From the IMG/VR virus record IMGVR_UViG_3300023263_000002, positions 36,946-100,945 of that record: a stretch of 64,000 nucleotides of DNA, one strand, 5' to 3'. Below, piece after piece: positions 1-8,822 of the stretch (its first letter is position 1; the number at the start of each line of letters is the position of its first letter). The position numbers were made by a program, and so were the translations under genes. Below the pieces are notes generated by a model that worked only from the letters and a program-made list of their open reading frames with translations, was not told the origin of the DNA and made no database searches. The stretch is from a virus. Lineage: Duplodnaviria > Caudoviricetes.

Positions 1-321
1 ATGCGTCTTTCCGGAATCAACGATATCATCAACGAACAGAACGCTGCGGTTGTTGAAAATGTATCGGGTAGATGAATCAACAAGGAACGCGGGCTCTTGT
101 ATCTGGACGCCTTCGGAATACGAGCTAACCGCGATAGAGCGGACATCGCGGACGTTCAGAGCATTGGCTATAACAGCAGCCGGAACCAGCCCTCCGCGAG
201 CGATAGCCACGATGCAATCGATATCAAGCGCAACGTCTTTAAGGCTTTTGAGCAGCACAGCGCACTGGAAGTCAAACTCAGTCCACGAGATGTTCAATAA
301 ATTCTTAACTTCTTCTGTCAC
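1..321 (-). CDS. Purine (xanthine/guanine) phosphoribosyltransferase, 3' end runs off the window
   Basis: Not in the ORF track. Manual translation from GTG at 321 (GGAGG upstream) gives VTEEVKNLLNISWTEF...IVAIARGGLVPAAVIA...VLFVDDIVDSGKTH, with the type I PRTase PPi loop and PRPP-binding motif. Confidence 0.88.
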   Translation of the reverse strand, partial: MTEEVKNLLNISWTEFDFQCAVLLKSLKDVALDIDCIVAIARGGLVPAAVIANALNVRDVRSIAVSSYSEGVQIQEPAFLVDSSTRYIFNNRSVLFVDDIVDSGKTH

Positions 322-332
322 TAGACCCTCCG

Positions 333-782
333 TCAACAATCAATGAAACCATTCTTAACTGCAAGGCTAAATTCATCCACCGCAACCCGCCGAAGCGTTG
401 CGGAGGTGTTCGTATATCGTGGAACCCTACGCATCGATCCCTCTTCGGCCGCTTGCGCGAGGTACTGAGCCATCATGCCGTTGATGGCGTGCGAGAATCG
501 CGGCGCCGAATACGGACACGCTTTAAGCATCGCCTGTACTCGACGCAAGCTCAACCGATCGGAGACATACTGCACCTGCTCAAGGTCGCTTTCGGGGACG
601 GTGAAGTACGGATAGTCACCATCAGGATTGAGCACCACTGAGATGTGCTTCACTCCTGTAAGAGCAGTATCGTCTGCTGCGAGGCCGTAGTCGTATTTCA
701 TGCAGCGGTAGACAACCTGCCCAGCCTTGACACTAGGCTCGATAGTTGAATCCTTCAGCATGATGTATCGCGGCGGTTTCAT
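333..782 (-). CDS. Hypothetical phage protein
   Basis: 149 aa ORF with strong RBS (AGGAGGAGG), co-oriented with neighbours. Confidence 0.7.
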   Translation of the reverse strand: MKPPRYIMLKDSTIEPSVKAGQVVYRCMKYDYGLAADDTALTGVKHISVVLNPDGDYPYFTVPESDLEQVQYVSDRLSLRRVQAMLKACPYSAPRFSHAINGMMAQYLAQAAEEGSMRRVPRYTNTSATLRRVAVDEFSLAVKNGFIDC

Positions 783-799
783 TGTTTCCTCCTCCTAAG

Positions 800-1286
800 T
801 TATTCGTACTCCGCTCGTAATTCTGGAAGGTTGAGACCTGCAGGCTCGTTGCCCCACTCGTGGTCCCAGTGCCATAGCTGACATACTAGGCACCAGCGCT
901 GCCGCTCCCCTTTATCGAGACGCTCCTGCGCATCAGCGTGAGCAGTTAGGAAGTCGAAGTTATCTGGCGTGTGCCACTCACAACGCTCGACCTGGAACCT
1001 ACTTTTTCGCATGATGTTGTCCCGCAAGCTCGCGAAAGATTTTCCGAGCCTCTCGATAGGTTTTCACTGATGTCAGGTGCGGAGCGCAATCAGGACGCAG
1101 ACCAAGCCGTTTGTAGTGCGCAGTTTGAGTCTCGTTCGCCATGGTGTTCGCCCAGCTTGCATGATACAAGCGAAGTTGCCAGGCTCCACGATTTCGGAAG
1201 TATTTAGCGGAGGCAACAACGACATTGCCCTGCATGACAGTCATGCCGTGCCTGGCACCGAAATCATGGAGCACTGGGAACATCAT
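800..1286 (-). other. Two small hypothetical CDS (800-1027 with CxxC; 999-1286)
   Basis: Tightly packed minus-strand ORFs in operon context. Confidence 0.55.
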
Positions 1287-1287
1287 C

Positions 1288-1518
1288 TTACGACCTTAAG
1301 TTCCATCGTGTGATTGCGACGTCTCTGGTTTGATTAGAAACCATCTTTCCTTCTTCATGCTTGGTCTCTACAGCAGAGCTTGTATGACCGCAGACCGAAC
1401 ATCTCACGAACGTCCGGTCAACTTCTTTCCCGTAGTGCGTATGAGTCGAGATCCTGTTGTTCTTGGCTTTGCACTCCGGACAATCTCGAATGAGTACCGT
1501 CATTGGCGTAAGTTCCAT
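1288..1518 (-). CDS. Lar-like restriction-alleviation Zn-finger protein, copy 2 (likely start 1503)
   Basis: CPEC...FVRCSVCG...AITRWN; paralogue of the adjacent gene. Confidence 0.65.
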   Translation of the reverse strand: MELTPMTVLIRDCPECKAKNNRISTHTHYGKEVDRTFVRCSVCGHTSSAVETKHEEGKMVSNQTRDVAITRWNLRS

Positions 1519-1733
1519 CTTGCTATGGCAGCCAAGGTAACTGACGTGCTCACCTTTTCGCCGTAATTGTGCGGTGTTTCAACTGCCGGACCTGATGCCT
1601 TACATTCGCCGCACTCAACGAATGTACGATCCGGGGTTGGGTAAGGACCGCGCGTACCTTGTAAAGTGATTATCTTCAAGGTTGCGGTGGACGTGCATCC
1701 ACAGAATGGACAGCTTGCTGCTACACTGGTCAT
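1500..1733 (-). CDS. Lar-like restriction-alleviation Zn-finger protein, copy 1
   Basis: CPFCG...FVECGECKASGP...AIARWN, the typical Lar-family pattern. Confidence 0.7.
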   Translation of the reverse strand: MTSVAASCPFCGCTSTATLKIITLQGTRGPYPTPDRTFVECGECKASGPAVETPHNYGEKVSTSVTLAAIARWNLRQ

Positions 1734-2048
1734 CTACTTCTTCTCCTCCTTCATAATCATCATGAGGGTTACTTCCATCGCTGTACCTTCTTCGTCGACA
1801 CCGTCATATTCAGTGCAGGTGCCGCGGATAGGTATCCCGTCAGAGCGAGCAGCGTCGAAAGCCTCCATGATGTGCATCATACAATCGTCCTCCGTCGGTA
1901 CAGTCTTGTAGACAGGCAGCATAACACCTGTATTCGGAAACTGCACCAAGAAGACGAGCAGCCAGACCTTTACCATCGCATTCTCCCTTCCACCTCTGTT
2001 ATCTTGGCATAATGGCAAGAGCCTACTAACGCAAGCCATAAATCCCAA
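1734..2048 (-). CDS. Hypothetical protein with hydrophobic N-terminus (likely start MVKVWLL near 1976)
   Basis: ORF track; purine-rich RBS before the internal ATG. Confidence 0.55.
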   Translation of the reverse strand: MGFMACVSRLLPLCQDNRGGRENAMVKVWLLVFLVQFPNTGVMLPVYKTVPTEDDCMMHIMEAFDAARSDGIPIRGTCTEYDGVDEEGTAMEVTLMMIMKEEKK

Positions 2049-2199
2049 GTATCCAATAAAGCTGTATCTACTTGACCTTCTTCAACCTGAACGGAGTTGG
2101 TCAACCTCGAACCTCGATTGATTCTTCTTCGCGCGAGAAGTATGTCACCTTAACCTAGAATTTATCACCTAAGAAATATCGATCATTTAGGAATCTGTA

Positions 2200-3060
2200 G
2201 GGCTAGAGCCATAGCTTGCCCATCAGGACGAACAGCTATGGCACTCACATCATTTGAGGCTGTGAGGGAAGGTCTCAGATGAGACACGCCATGCAGCGAA
2301 GTAGAGAGGAGATGTATAGAAGGTCTTTTTGTAAGAATACTTCTACAACCCATTCAATCTACATACTGCGCTAGAAGTGTACAACCTGAGTCTAGTCAGG
2401 AATGGTGGGGTTACTCTATCACCTTTACGTACAGCTTGCTCAGAAGCAACGGAGACTGATCCAGCTAAGGATCTGTAGAACGAGCTCTTCTAACAACAAG
2501 TTCTACGTCACGCAGGTTGTAAGTTACCAGAGCCTGCTCCAGGTGTGGTTCTTCTCGAGCTTTTTCCACACTCACTAGTTAGGATTTTTCCTAACGCTTG
2601 TCACGACGATGCCCTTCGTCATCTTTCCTTGTAAGCTCTCGCCTACGGTAGGGGACATTAGGTCCTGGCTATGAGCTGCTCAGATTCGCGTGCATGTGCG
2701 GTTGCGATAAGTGCCAAGTGCGGCACGCATTGAGCCCGGGCAGCTCATATAACATACCGACCGCGTTCTAGGATTTTTTAGGTGGGGGTTTGAAAGCGCG
2801 AAGAATCGCGGTACGCAAGAGCTTCCAAGGCTGCGATGCTGCCCCAGACTCTGCGATAGACCGGAACTATGGACGATCCCCTAGCGATACCGCTGAGCAG
2901 CGATGAGCGTCCAGAGTCGTGCCAGATTCGCGAGCGAGAAAGAAAGACTTCAAACAAAGGAAAACCGGACCTTCATCAACGTAGGCGGGTGCTCGGGGGG
3001 CGTGAGCACTACGTATCTGAAGGTCCGGCGACGCGACGAGCCAGGTTGGGGTACTTGTGG
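2200..3060 (-). ncRNA. Candidate large structured non-coding RNA (alternatively a structured replication origin)
   Basis: About 1 kb with no credible ORF, tiled by more than 12 hairpins. A GAGA-tetraloop stem with a G-U pair pairs fully only on the minus strand. Lies downstream of a leftward promoter. Confidence 0.45.
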
Positions 3061-3070
3061 CCCGTCGATC

Positions 3071-3099
3071 GGTATAAGTGCGTCTAGCCATTAGGTCAA
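3071..3099 (-). promoter_or_regulatory. Leftward sigma70-like promoter
   Basis: Minus strand TTGACC (3099-3094), 17 nt spacer, TATACC (3076-3071). Confidence 0.6.
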
Positions 3100-3110
3100 G
3101 CGGCAAATTA

Positions 3111-3139
3111 TTGACCTATCCTAAAAAAAGGGTTATAGT
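3111..3139 (+). promoter_or_regulatory. Rightward sigma70-like promoter
   Basis: TTGACC-17 nt-TATAGT, upstream of the HTH gene. Confidence 0.75.
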
Positions 3140-3172
3140 GCAAGGATGCGAGAAGTCAACGGAGAACCAACG

Positions 3173-3445
3173 ATGAGTCTAAACAGTACGCAGCTACAGG
3201 CAGAGCTGGATAAACTCCTGACCGTCCACGACATGTGCGACATGTTCAACATCACAGCGATGACCTTGTACACTTGGCGGAAGGATCGCAAGCTGCCAAC
3301 CGTCCAAATCAAGGGTGGTCCGCGTGAGAACATGCGAGCCTCGATTCGCTTCCATCCCGACGACGTAGCGGCATGGGCGAAGACTCAGGGTCTCCAGGCG
3401 AAGGCGTTGCCGAATACTCAGCGGCGCGTGCGCTTGGCGGCATAA
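3173..3445 (+). CDS. Excisionase/MerR-like HTH DNA-binding protein
   Basis: LLTVHDMCDMFNITAMTLYTWRK...IRFHPDDVAAW, an HTH_17-type pattern; GGAGA RBS. Confidence 0.8.
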   Translation: MSLNSTQLQAELDKLLTVHDMCDMFNITAMTLYTWRKDRKLPTVQIKGGPRENMRASIRFHPDDVAAWAKTQGLQAKALPNTQRRVRLAA

Positions 3446-3503
3446 CGCTCCTCCAGATCGGGGGGCGTTTCCATGAGACTCGTGGAACCAGACCTTAGAC
3501 GCT

Positions 3504-3539
3504 AGAGACCCTCGGCTTACCACCGGGGGTCTCTTTTTG
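3504..3539 (+). terminator. Intrinsic terminator
   Basis: AGAGACCCTCGG-loop-CCGGGGGTCTCT followed by a T-run. Confidence 0.8.
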
Positions 3540-3544
3540 TGCTC

Positions 3545-3573
3545 TTGCGGAGCCACGCTTTACCTACTATAAA
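3545..3573 (+). promoter_or_regulatory. Early promoter, repeat family copy 1
   Basis: TTGCGG-17 nt (containing CTTTACC)-TATAAA. Confidence 0.7.
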
Positions 3574-3607
3574 GCACGTGCGCATTACGCGCGAAGGAGT
3601 ACTGCAA

Positions 3608-4440
3608 ATGGATGCCATGATTATACAAGGCCTGATCTCCGACCTGTTCTTCAATCACGAGAACGAGGAGTTCCGAGGCCTCTGCAAAATGCAGCCGGAG
3701 TATACAGCCGACCAGCTACGCGCAGCCATCCAAAAAGACTCGGAGACTTTCACCAAGCACTACTTCGATCTGTTCAAACAGATCCCTGGCGTACCGTGGA
3801 AGGACGAAACTGAGATGGCCGAGTGGCTTCACAAGGATTTCCGCCGCCGCCTCTGATCGCATACCGGAGGGGAGTGATCCCCTCCTCCCTACAAACCAAA
3901 TCACAGGAATTGAACAATGGTTGATACAGTCTACATCACGACGTATTCCATGGCCGCAGCATCGCCCATTGACGACGTATTCGCCTCACTTGAAGGAGCT
4001 AAAAGATCCCTCAGAAAACGGGCCAACCATCTTCTCGAAAAAGATGGTCGGGCGAAAGAGAAGTTAGCCATTTCCTTTACGTTCGACATATCACTCAACC
4101 TTTGGTCGGTATTCACCGCACTCGAAGAAGGGTCAAACGAAGCCAAGCTGTTCGCGCACATCCACGTGAAACAGGTCCGCTTCGAATAAACATGTGGGAG
4201 GGTCCGATGTACAGAATGTCCTGGATCAAATACTGCAACACGAGAACGCTTCGATACTCGCACAAGGAGGTCTGCGCGAAGCTAGGTGCGGCTGGGTTCC
4301 TGGTTAAAATCGACCCTCCCGCAACTATGATAGCCTACATCGAGATCGAGACAGCTGAGCAACGCAAGCGTGCTACTGAGGTCCTCAATCTAATCTCGAG
4401 GAATTTCCCCCACCTCTTTGAGAAAGTACAACAGTCATGA
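3608..4440 (+). other. Three small early CDS (3608-3856, 3917-4189, 4207-4440)
   Basis: Plus-strand ORFs, each preceded by a GGAG/AGGA RBS. Confidence 0.65.
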
Positions 4441-4745
4441 CAAGCTATATCGAATATCAACTACCCTGCCCGCATTGCGATAAACATTTGCGGTTGACAC
4501 TTCACCATCCGGAACTGCGTCCGATGACGATGCAAATGTTTTCTGCAGGTGGTGGTGGTGGCGGTGGGTTCTCGGGCGCGAGCGGAAGTGGTGGACCCGG
4601 CGAAGGCTTCACCATTTTAGCCGAAGGCGGAGGTGGGGTCGGTGGAGGCGGAGGTGGTGGAGGAGGTACTAGCTTCCCCAAGAACATTCGCTATCCGCTT
4701 ACCATTCCGAAGAATGTCCGCTGGTGGCACTTCTGGAGAAAATAA
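4437..4745 (+). CDS. CxxC plus poly-glycine small protein
   Basis: CPHC, two poly-Gly tracts, C-terminal RWWHFWRK; ATGA overlap with the upstream gene. Confidence 0.6.
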   Translation: MTSYIEYQLPCPHCDKHLRLTLHHPELRPMTMQMFSAGGGGGGGFSGASGSGGPGEGFTILAEGGGGVGGGGGGGGGTSFPKNIRYPLTIPKNVRWWHFWRK

Positions 4746-4761
4746 TTTTCCGTGATATAAA

Positions 4762-4830
4762 GTTTCTGCTTGCGGCTAGTGGCACTTTACCTTACACATA
4801 AATCACAGGCAAGCAGAAACACAACGGAGA
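4762..4830 (+). promoter_or_regulatory. Early promoter and leader, repeat family copy 2
   Basis: TTGCGG-17 nt-TACACA; closely similar to 5596-5667. Confidence 0.75.
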
Positions 4831-5579
4831 ATGAAAATGTTCATCGAAGACACCAAAAACCTGACCGAGTATCAGCCGCATCATTTCTGCACTGAAGCAT
4901 CCACCCTAGGTCTGCGCCCCGGCCAATGGCCCGAGAAGATCGAAACCAAGATCGGCAACGGTCAGCCCTTCTACATCATTTCGAAGAAGAGCACGGACGG
5001 CGATATCGAGTACGCCACTTACCGCCAAGACTGCGGTTGCGTTGTCCTCCGCGTCTTCAACGACTAAACCCCGAGCCACAGGAGAAGAAAATGACCACCG
5101 CCGCTATGCAGCTTGAATTGACCCAAGTTCACATCCGCGCCATCATCTTCGACATCGACGACTCCGAAGATGGATATGGTGGAGCTATCGTCCGAGACAT
5201 CTACGAAGTCGACAACACAGAGAACGGCAAGAAGTGTCTTCGCTCGATTGTCACAACCCACTGCCCCGACGTCATGCATGTACGTCTTCCGAAAGCCACG
5301 ATTGGAACCGTCCAAGTCGGGAACAGTAACTGTATTCCGGCTCGCACGCGTTCGATGCTGTGGAAGAAAGCCTGGGCTAACATCTACGACAGCACCGTTC
5401 CTATCGTTGCCGAAGAAGAATTCGTCGAGCCGGAGATCACCAAAGAGCAGCTTCTCGCCAACGCGTTGTTCGACGTCCTCGACAGCCTTGGAGCCCTCGG
5501 CAACCCCGATGAGCTGTGCGGGCATGGATTTTCGTCCGAGCGGGCCAAGGAAATCGTCCGGCTCGTCCACAAGGGGTAA
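4831..5579 (+). other. Two early CDS (4831-5067, 5091-5579)
   Basis: ORFs with GGAGA RBS, directly after the promoter. Confidence 0.7.
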
Positions 5580-5595
5580 TTTGCCTGACGGTAAG

Positions 5596-5667
5596 GTTTC
5601 CGCTTGCAGTAGCGGGAGCTTTACCTTACACATAATTCATAGGCAATGCAGACCACAGGAGAACGAA
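5596..5667 (+). promoter_or_regulatory. Early promoter and leader, repeat family copy 3
   Basis: TTGCAG-17 nt-TACACA; shares CTTTACCTTACACATAA and AGGCAA(T)GCAGA with copy 2. Confidence 0.75.
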
Positions 5668-7385
5668 ATGCACTACATTCACCCAGACGATGAATCCGGC
5701 GGACTGGCCACCGATGTTGAATCCTGCCGCGAATACGCTCGCAACGTTGGCATGGAAAATCAGGACGTCGCTTGGATCAACACGCCGCAGGATACTTGGG
5801 AGCGCAATCCCTTCTATCAGGGCCCAGCAGTTCGTCATCCCGAAGACGACGATTACGACGAGGAGGTGTACGGTCCGTTCCTTCCGCGCACGTCTTACGC
5901 CGACGACGAAATTCCTTATTAGGAGGCAGCAAATGTCACGGGGGCACAAGATGTCGAACGATTCAGAATTCAGTCGCAGCTACTTGGCCCTCGTGCACAA
6001 GGATGTGAAACGGATCCCGAACGGGCCCAAGAACGTCTGGTCAGCAGCCTGGACTTACAAGTTTGGGCGGGACTGTTATGAATTCCACGGTCCAGATCAA
6101 TTCTACTGCACCGTGTCAGCGACCAACGGTTACGAGGCTCGGGCTAAGGGCTGGGATTCATACATTCGGCAGAGGCATCCGACGCTTCACGCACAGCTTG
6201 AGGCCGAATCCGAGAAAGTATTTGAAACTCTTGGTAAGGAGGGGCTGTGAAATACAAACGCATCTATGAGCTACTGAAAGCGAATGGACATTCAGCAGCA
6301 GTAGCAGCAGTAATCATTCGCGCAGCTAGGCGGAAAGATCTCTTTTCGCTTAACTGGATTAAAACCTTTTTCAAAGGGAGGCACTCGAAGTGACACAACT
6401 GCATACCCGCGTGACGATAATCGGGCGGACGACAGGAGGCTCTTCCCGTAGCGTCAACTTCGGCATCAAGTACCAGCCGGATCGCGGCCTTGCTCGCCAG
6501 GACCCAAAGGTGAGTGCGGCGGTAATCGAGCTACAGAAGTTCTATCCTCTCATCTCAGTAACCTTCAACGACACCAATTAGAGGCAGCAGCAAGAATGAT
6601 CCGTAGACTCATCCCCTTCATCGCAGCGCTGATGGCAGCTATTGCTATCGGCATCATCAACCCAAGCGTTCCGACAACGCCACAGCAGGAGGCTAGCAAT
6701 GGGAAGAAAGCGGAAAACGGAAGTGGGCAGCAAAGGCCCGGTCAATCGGGCCACGCACATCAAGCTCGCTGAAGAAGCGGAAGCCAGAGCAGCGAAGGAG
6801 AGCAATCGCGAGAAGCGTGAGTCGCTTGAAAACCTTGCGAAGCAACATCGCAACATTGCAAACACTGGGAAACCCGATGACTGAGGAGACACTCGAGGAC
6901 GGCGCCATCGCCGTCCTGCTACCCGCTAGAGAGATTCCACTGGGTTCGGAGGTGACTAGACGCACAGGAGAGAAGCGTGTCACCATCATCGATAAGATTC
7001 GGATCTTTGATGAGAGCGGCACTGCTCGGGAGATCAAGGCTGAAGGCGACACACGATTCCTCTCTAGCTCGCGCGGGGACTTCAACGTAGTGCCAGGCGG
7101 AGTACTACTGCTGTGGCGGACTACTGGCCATGAGCTACTCGACTTCCTCCGCGATCTGCACGAAGGGACGGATTGATGTCGCAGCCAATCAGAGTCTGGG
7201 AATACGAGGGCGCTCCGAAAGACTTGCGCGAGCTGACAGCACTCAAAGGCAACTGGATAGCTGAGATCCCTCCTACCTGGGTTGATAAACTGCCCGCGTG
7301 GCTGTCCGTGCTTGGACGAAACATAGTCATGCGTCAGCATCCGAACAAGCCGAGTTGGCGGGTTCGCATCTGGTCGGATAGTTAA
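5668..7385 (+). other. Cluster of small early CDS (5668-5922, 5933-6250, 6390-6581, 6699-6884, 6877-7176, 7176-7385)
   Basis: Contiguous plus-strand ORFs with RBSs and start/stop overlaps. Confidence 0.65.
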
Positions 7386-7393
7386 AACTACAA

Positions 7394-7422
7394 TTGCGCT
7401 CACGCGGACTTTATCCTATATA
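7394..7422 (+). promoter_or_regulatory. Early promoter, repeat family copy 4
   Basis: TTGCGC-17 nt (CTTTATCC)-TATATA. Confidence 0.7.
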
Positions 7423-7454
7423 AAATGAGTAGCCTACAACACAGGGATAACCAA

Positions 7455-7637
7455 ATGCGCACCTACACCATCAGCATAAGTGAGCAGCAACGCGCTCATA
7501 TCGTCGACGCTCTTCGCAAAGCCAACATCCAAGTCGATCTGGAAAACGACGAGCTGTCTAGCCTCATTCAAATGCTTACTAATATGCCGCAAATCGAAGA
7601 GGACAACCCCGGAATTCTACACGGGCTCTGCCTCTAA
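7455..7637 (+). CDS. Hypothetical early protein
   Basis: ORF following the promoter; a GGGGGC-TTCG-GCCCCC hairpin lies just downstream. Confidence 0.6.
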   Translation: MRTYTISISEQQRAHIVDALRKANIQVDLENDELSSLIQMLTNMPQIEEDNPGILHGLCL

Positions 7638-7679
7638 CAACTGGGGGCTTCGGCCCCCGCCCTTCTCAGGAGCACGAAC

Positions 7680-8054
7680 ATGGGATACGCAGACGAAGGT
7701 TCCGAACACGCCAAGCTCGTTCTTGAAAACCTCGACAGGGACATCGCTAGGTGGCATCGATCCAACACAGTCCATGCCAGGTTCAACTTTTTCTACATCT
7801 GCGCAGCCCTGGCCATCTTGTTCAGCCTCTACATGCTCATGGGCGAACTCGGCTACCGGGAAGGATACACAGGGCCGCAGTGGGCTGCGCGCCGGAACCG
7901 TAACAGCAACTACTACGACGACCGCTACGAAGAGGGCGGGATGTATAGACGACCCAGCAGAAACTACTATTACGAAAGGGACGAGCGTGGCAGATACTAC
8001 TCCGATCAACCCGTATACTCAAGTGACCGTCAAAGGGAAAGAAGGTGGCGCTAA
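7680..8054 (+). CDS. Hypothetical protein with one TM segment and a Tyr/Arg-rich tail
   Basis: AGGAG RBS; hydrophobic FFYICAALAILFSLYMLM. Confidence 0.55.
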   Translation: MGYADEGSEHAKLVLENLDRDIARWHRSNTVHARFNFFYICAALAILFSLYMLMGELGYREGYTGPQWAARRNRNSNYYDDRYEEGGMYRRPSRNYYYERDERGRYYSDQPVYSSDRQRERRWR

Positions 8055-8202
8055 GGTCTGGGCTGTAATAATTCCTTTCAACATTCCTTGGACGCCCAAT
8101 CGATCTGAGGCCCGGAAACATCCCGATGTCGTGTGTCGTGTAGAGGCCGTCGGGAAGCGATACCCGGTTGTAGATGTAGTTTTTCGAGACATGGATGTCT
8201 GA
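7987..8202 (+). CDS. Hypothetical protein, paralogue of 6390-6581
   Basis: GTG start with GAAAGGG upstream; aligns by eye with 6390-6581. Confidence 0.65.
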   Translation: MADTTPINPYTQVTVKGKEGGAKVWAVIIPFNIPWTPNRSEARKHPDVVCRVEAVGKRYPVVDVVFRDMDV

Positions 8203-8444
8203 TGGCTCTAGTAATCTGCAAGAACTGCGCGGGGGTCGGGGGTTTCCTCGTCCCCAACAAGAATAACCTAACCACAGGCAAGGGCTGGGTGACGTGCCAG
8301 GTATGTAAAGGCTCGTGCCATGTGGAGGTTGATAACAGGTGCACCAAGTGCAGCGGCACAGGGAGGATGCTAAAATACAGTAGGCTTACGCAAGCTGATC
8401 AGTATGTCGATTGCGACGGTTGTAATGGCAAAGGCACAATTTAA
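8202..8444 (+). CDS. DnaJ-type zinc-finger protein (CxxCxGxG repeats)
   Basis: CKNCAGVG, CQVCKGS, CTKCSGTG, CDGCNGKG. Confidence 0.75.
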   Translation: MALVICKNCAGVGGFLVPNKNNLTTGKGWVTCQVCKGSCHVEVDNRCTKCSGTGRMLKYSRLTQADQYVDCDGCNGKGTI

Positions 8445-8475
8445 CAACAGAGTGTAAGAGTGAGAGGGGAATACA

Positions 8476-8820
8476 ATGTCAGCCGCACGGGACGCCTTGG
8501 TTTTAACAGTAAAAGATTTCATTCGTGATCTTAATCGGAGCAAGTGGATCTGCCACCACGCATACAAGGTCTACGTTCGCAGGGACATCGAGAAGACCAG
8601 GTTCTGGATTGCCAGTGTCGAGGTCTACAAATCCGGGCAGGGTACATTCAAGAATGTGATCCTCCCGGCTTGTGAGAAAGCTGCAAAGGAGGCCGGGTTT
8701 AAACAAATCACTGTCGAGAACGTTGGCAGCCCGCGCTTCGCCGAATTCTTCCGCAAGCTGGGCTGGACGGAAGTCGCGTACGGAGGAACTCCAACCTTCT
8801 ACAAATCGTTACAGGAGTAG
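8476..8820 (+). CDS. GNAT-like acetyltransferase
   Basis: SVEVYKSGQGTFK resembles motif A; VENVGSPRFAEFFRKLGW resembles motif B. Confidence 0.55.
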   Translation: MSAARDALVLTVKDFIRDLNRSKWICHHAYKVYVRRDIEKTRFWIASVEVYKSGQGTFKNVILPACEKAAKEAGFKQITVENVGSPRFAEFFRKLGWTEVAYGGTPTFYKSLQE

Positions 8821-8822
8821 GG

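Noticed and set aside
2867-3106. Short ORFs in the control region
   Set aside because: No RBS or motifs; they overlap promoters, the hairpin and the dispersed element.
7480-8202. 240 aa ORF as listed, also 5170-5922 and 4926-5579 at full length
   Set aside because: Upstream portions overlap real genes in other frames; RBS-supported starts are at 7987, 5668 and 5091.
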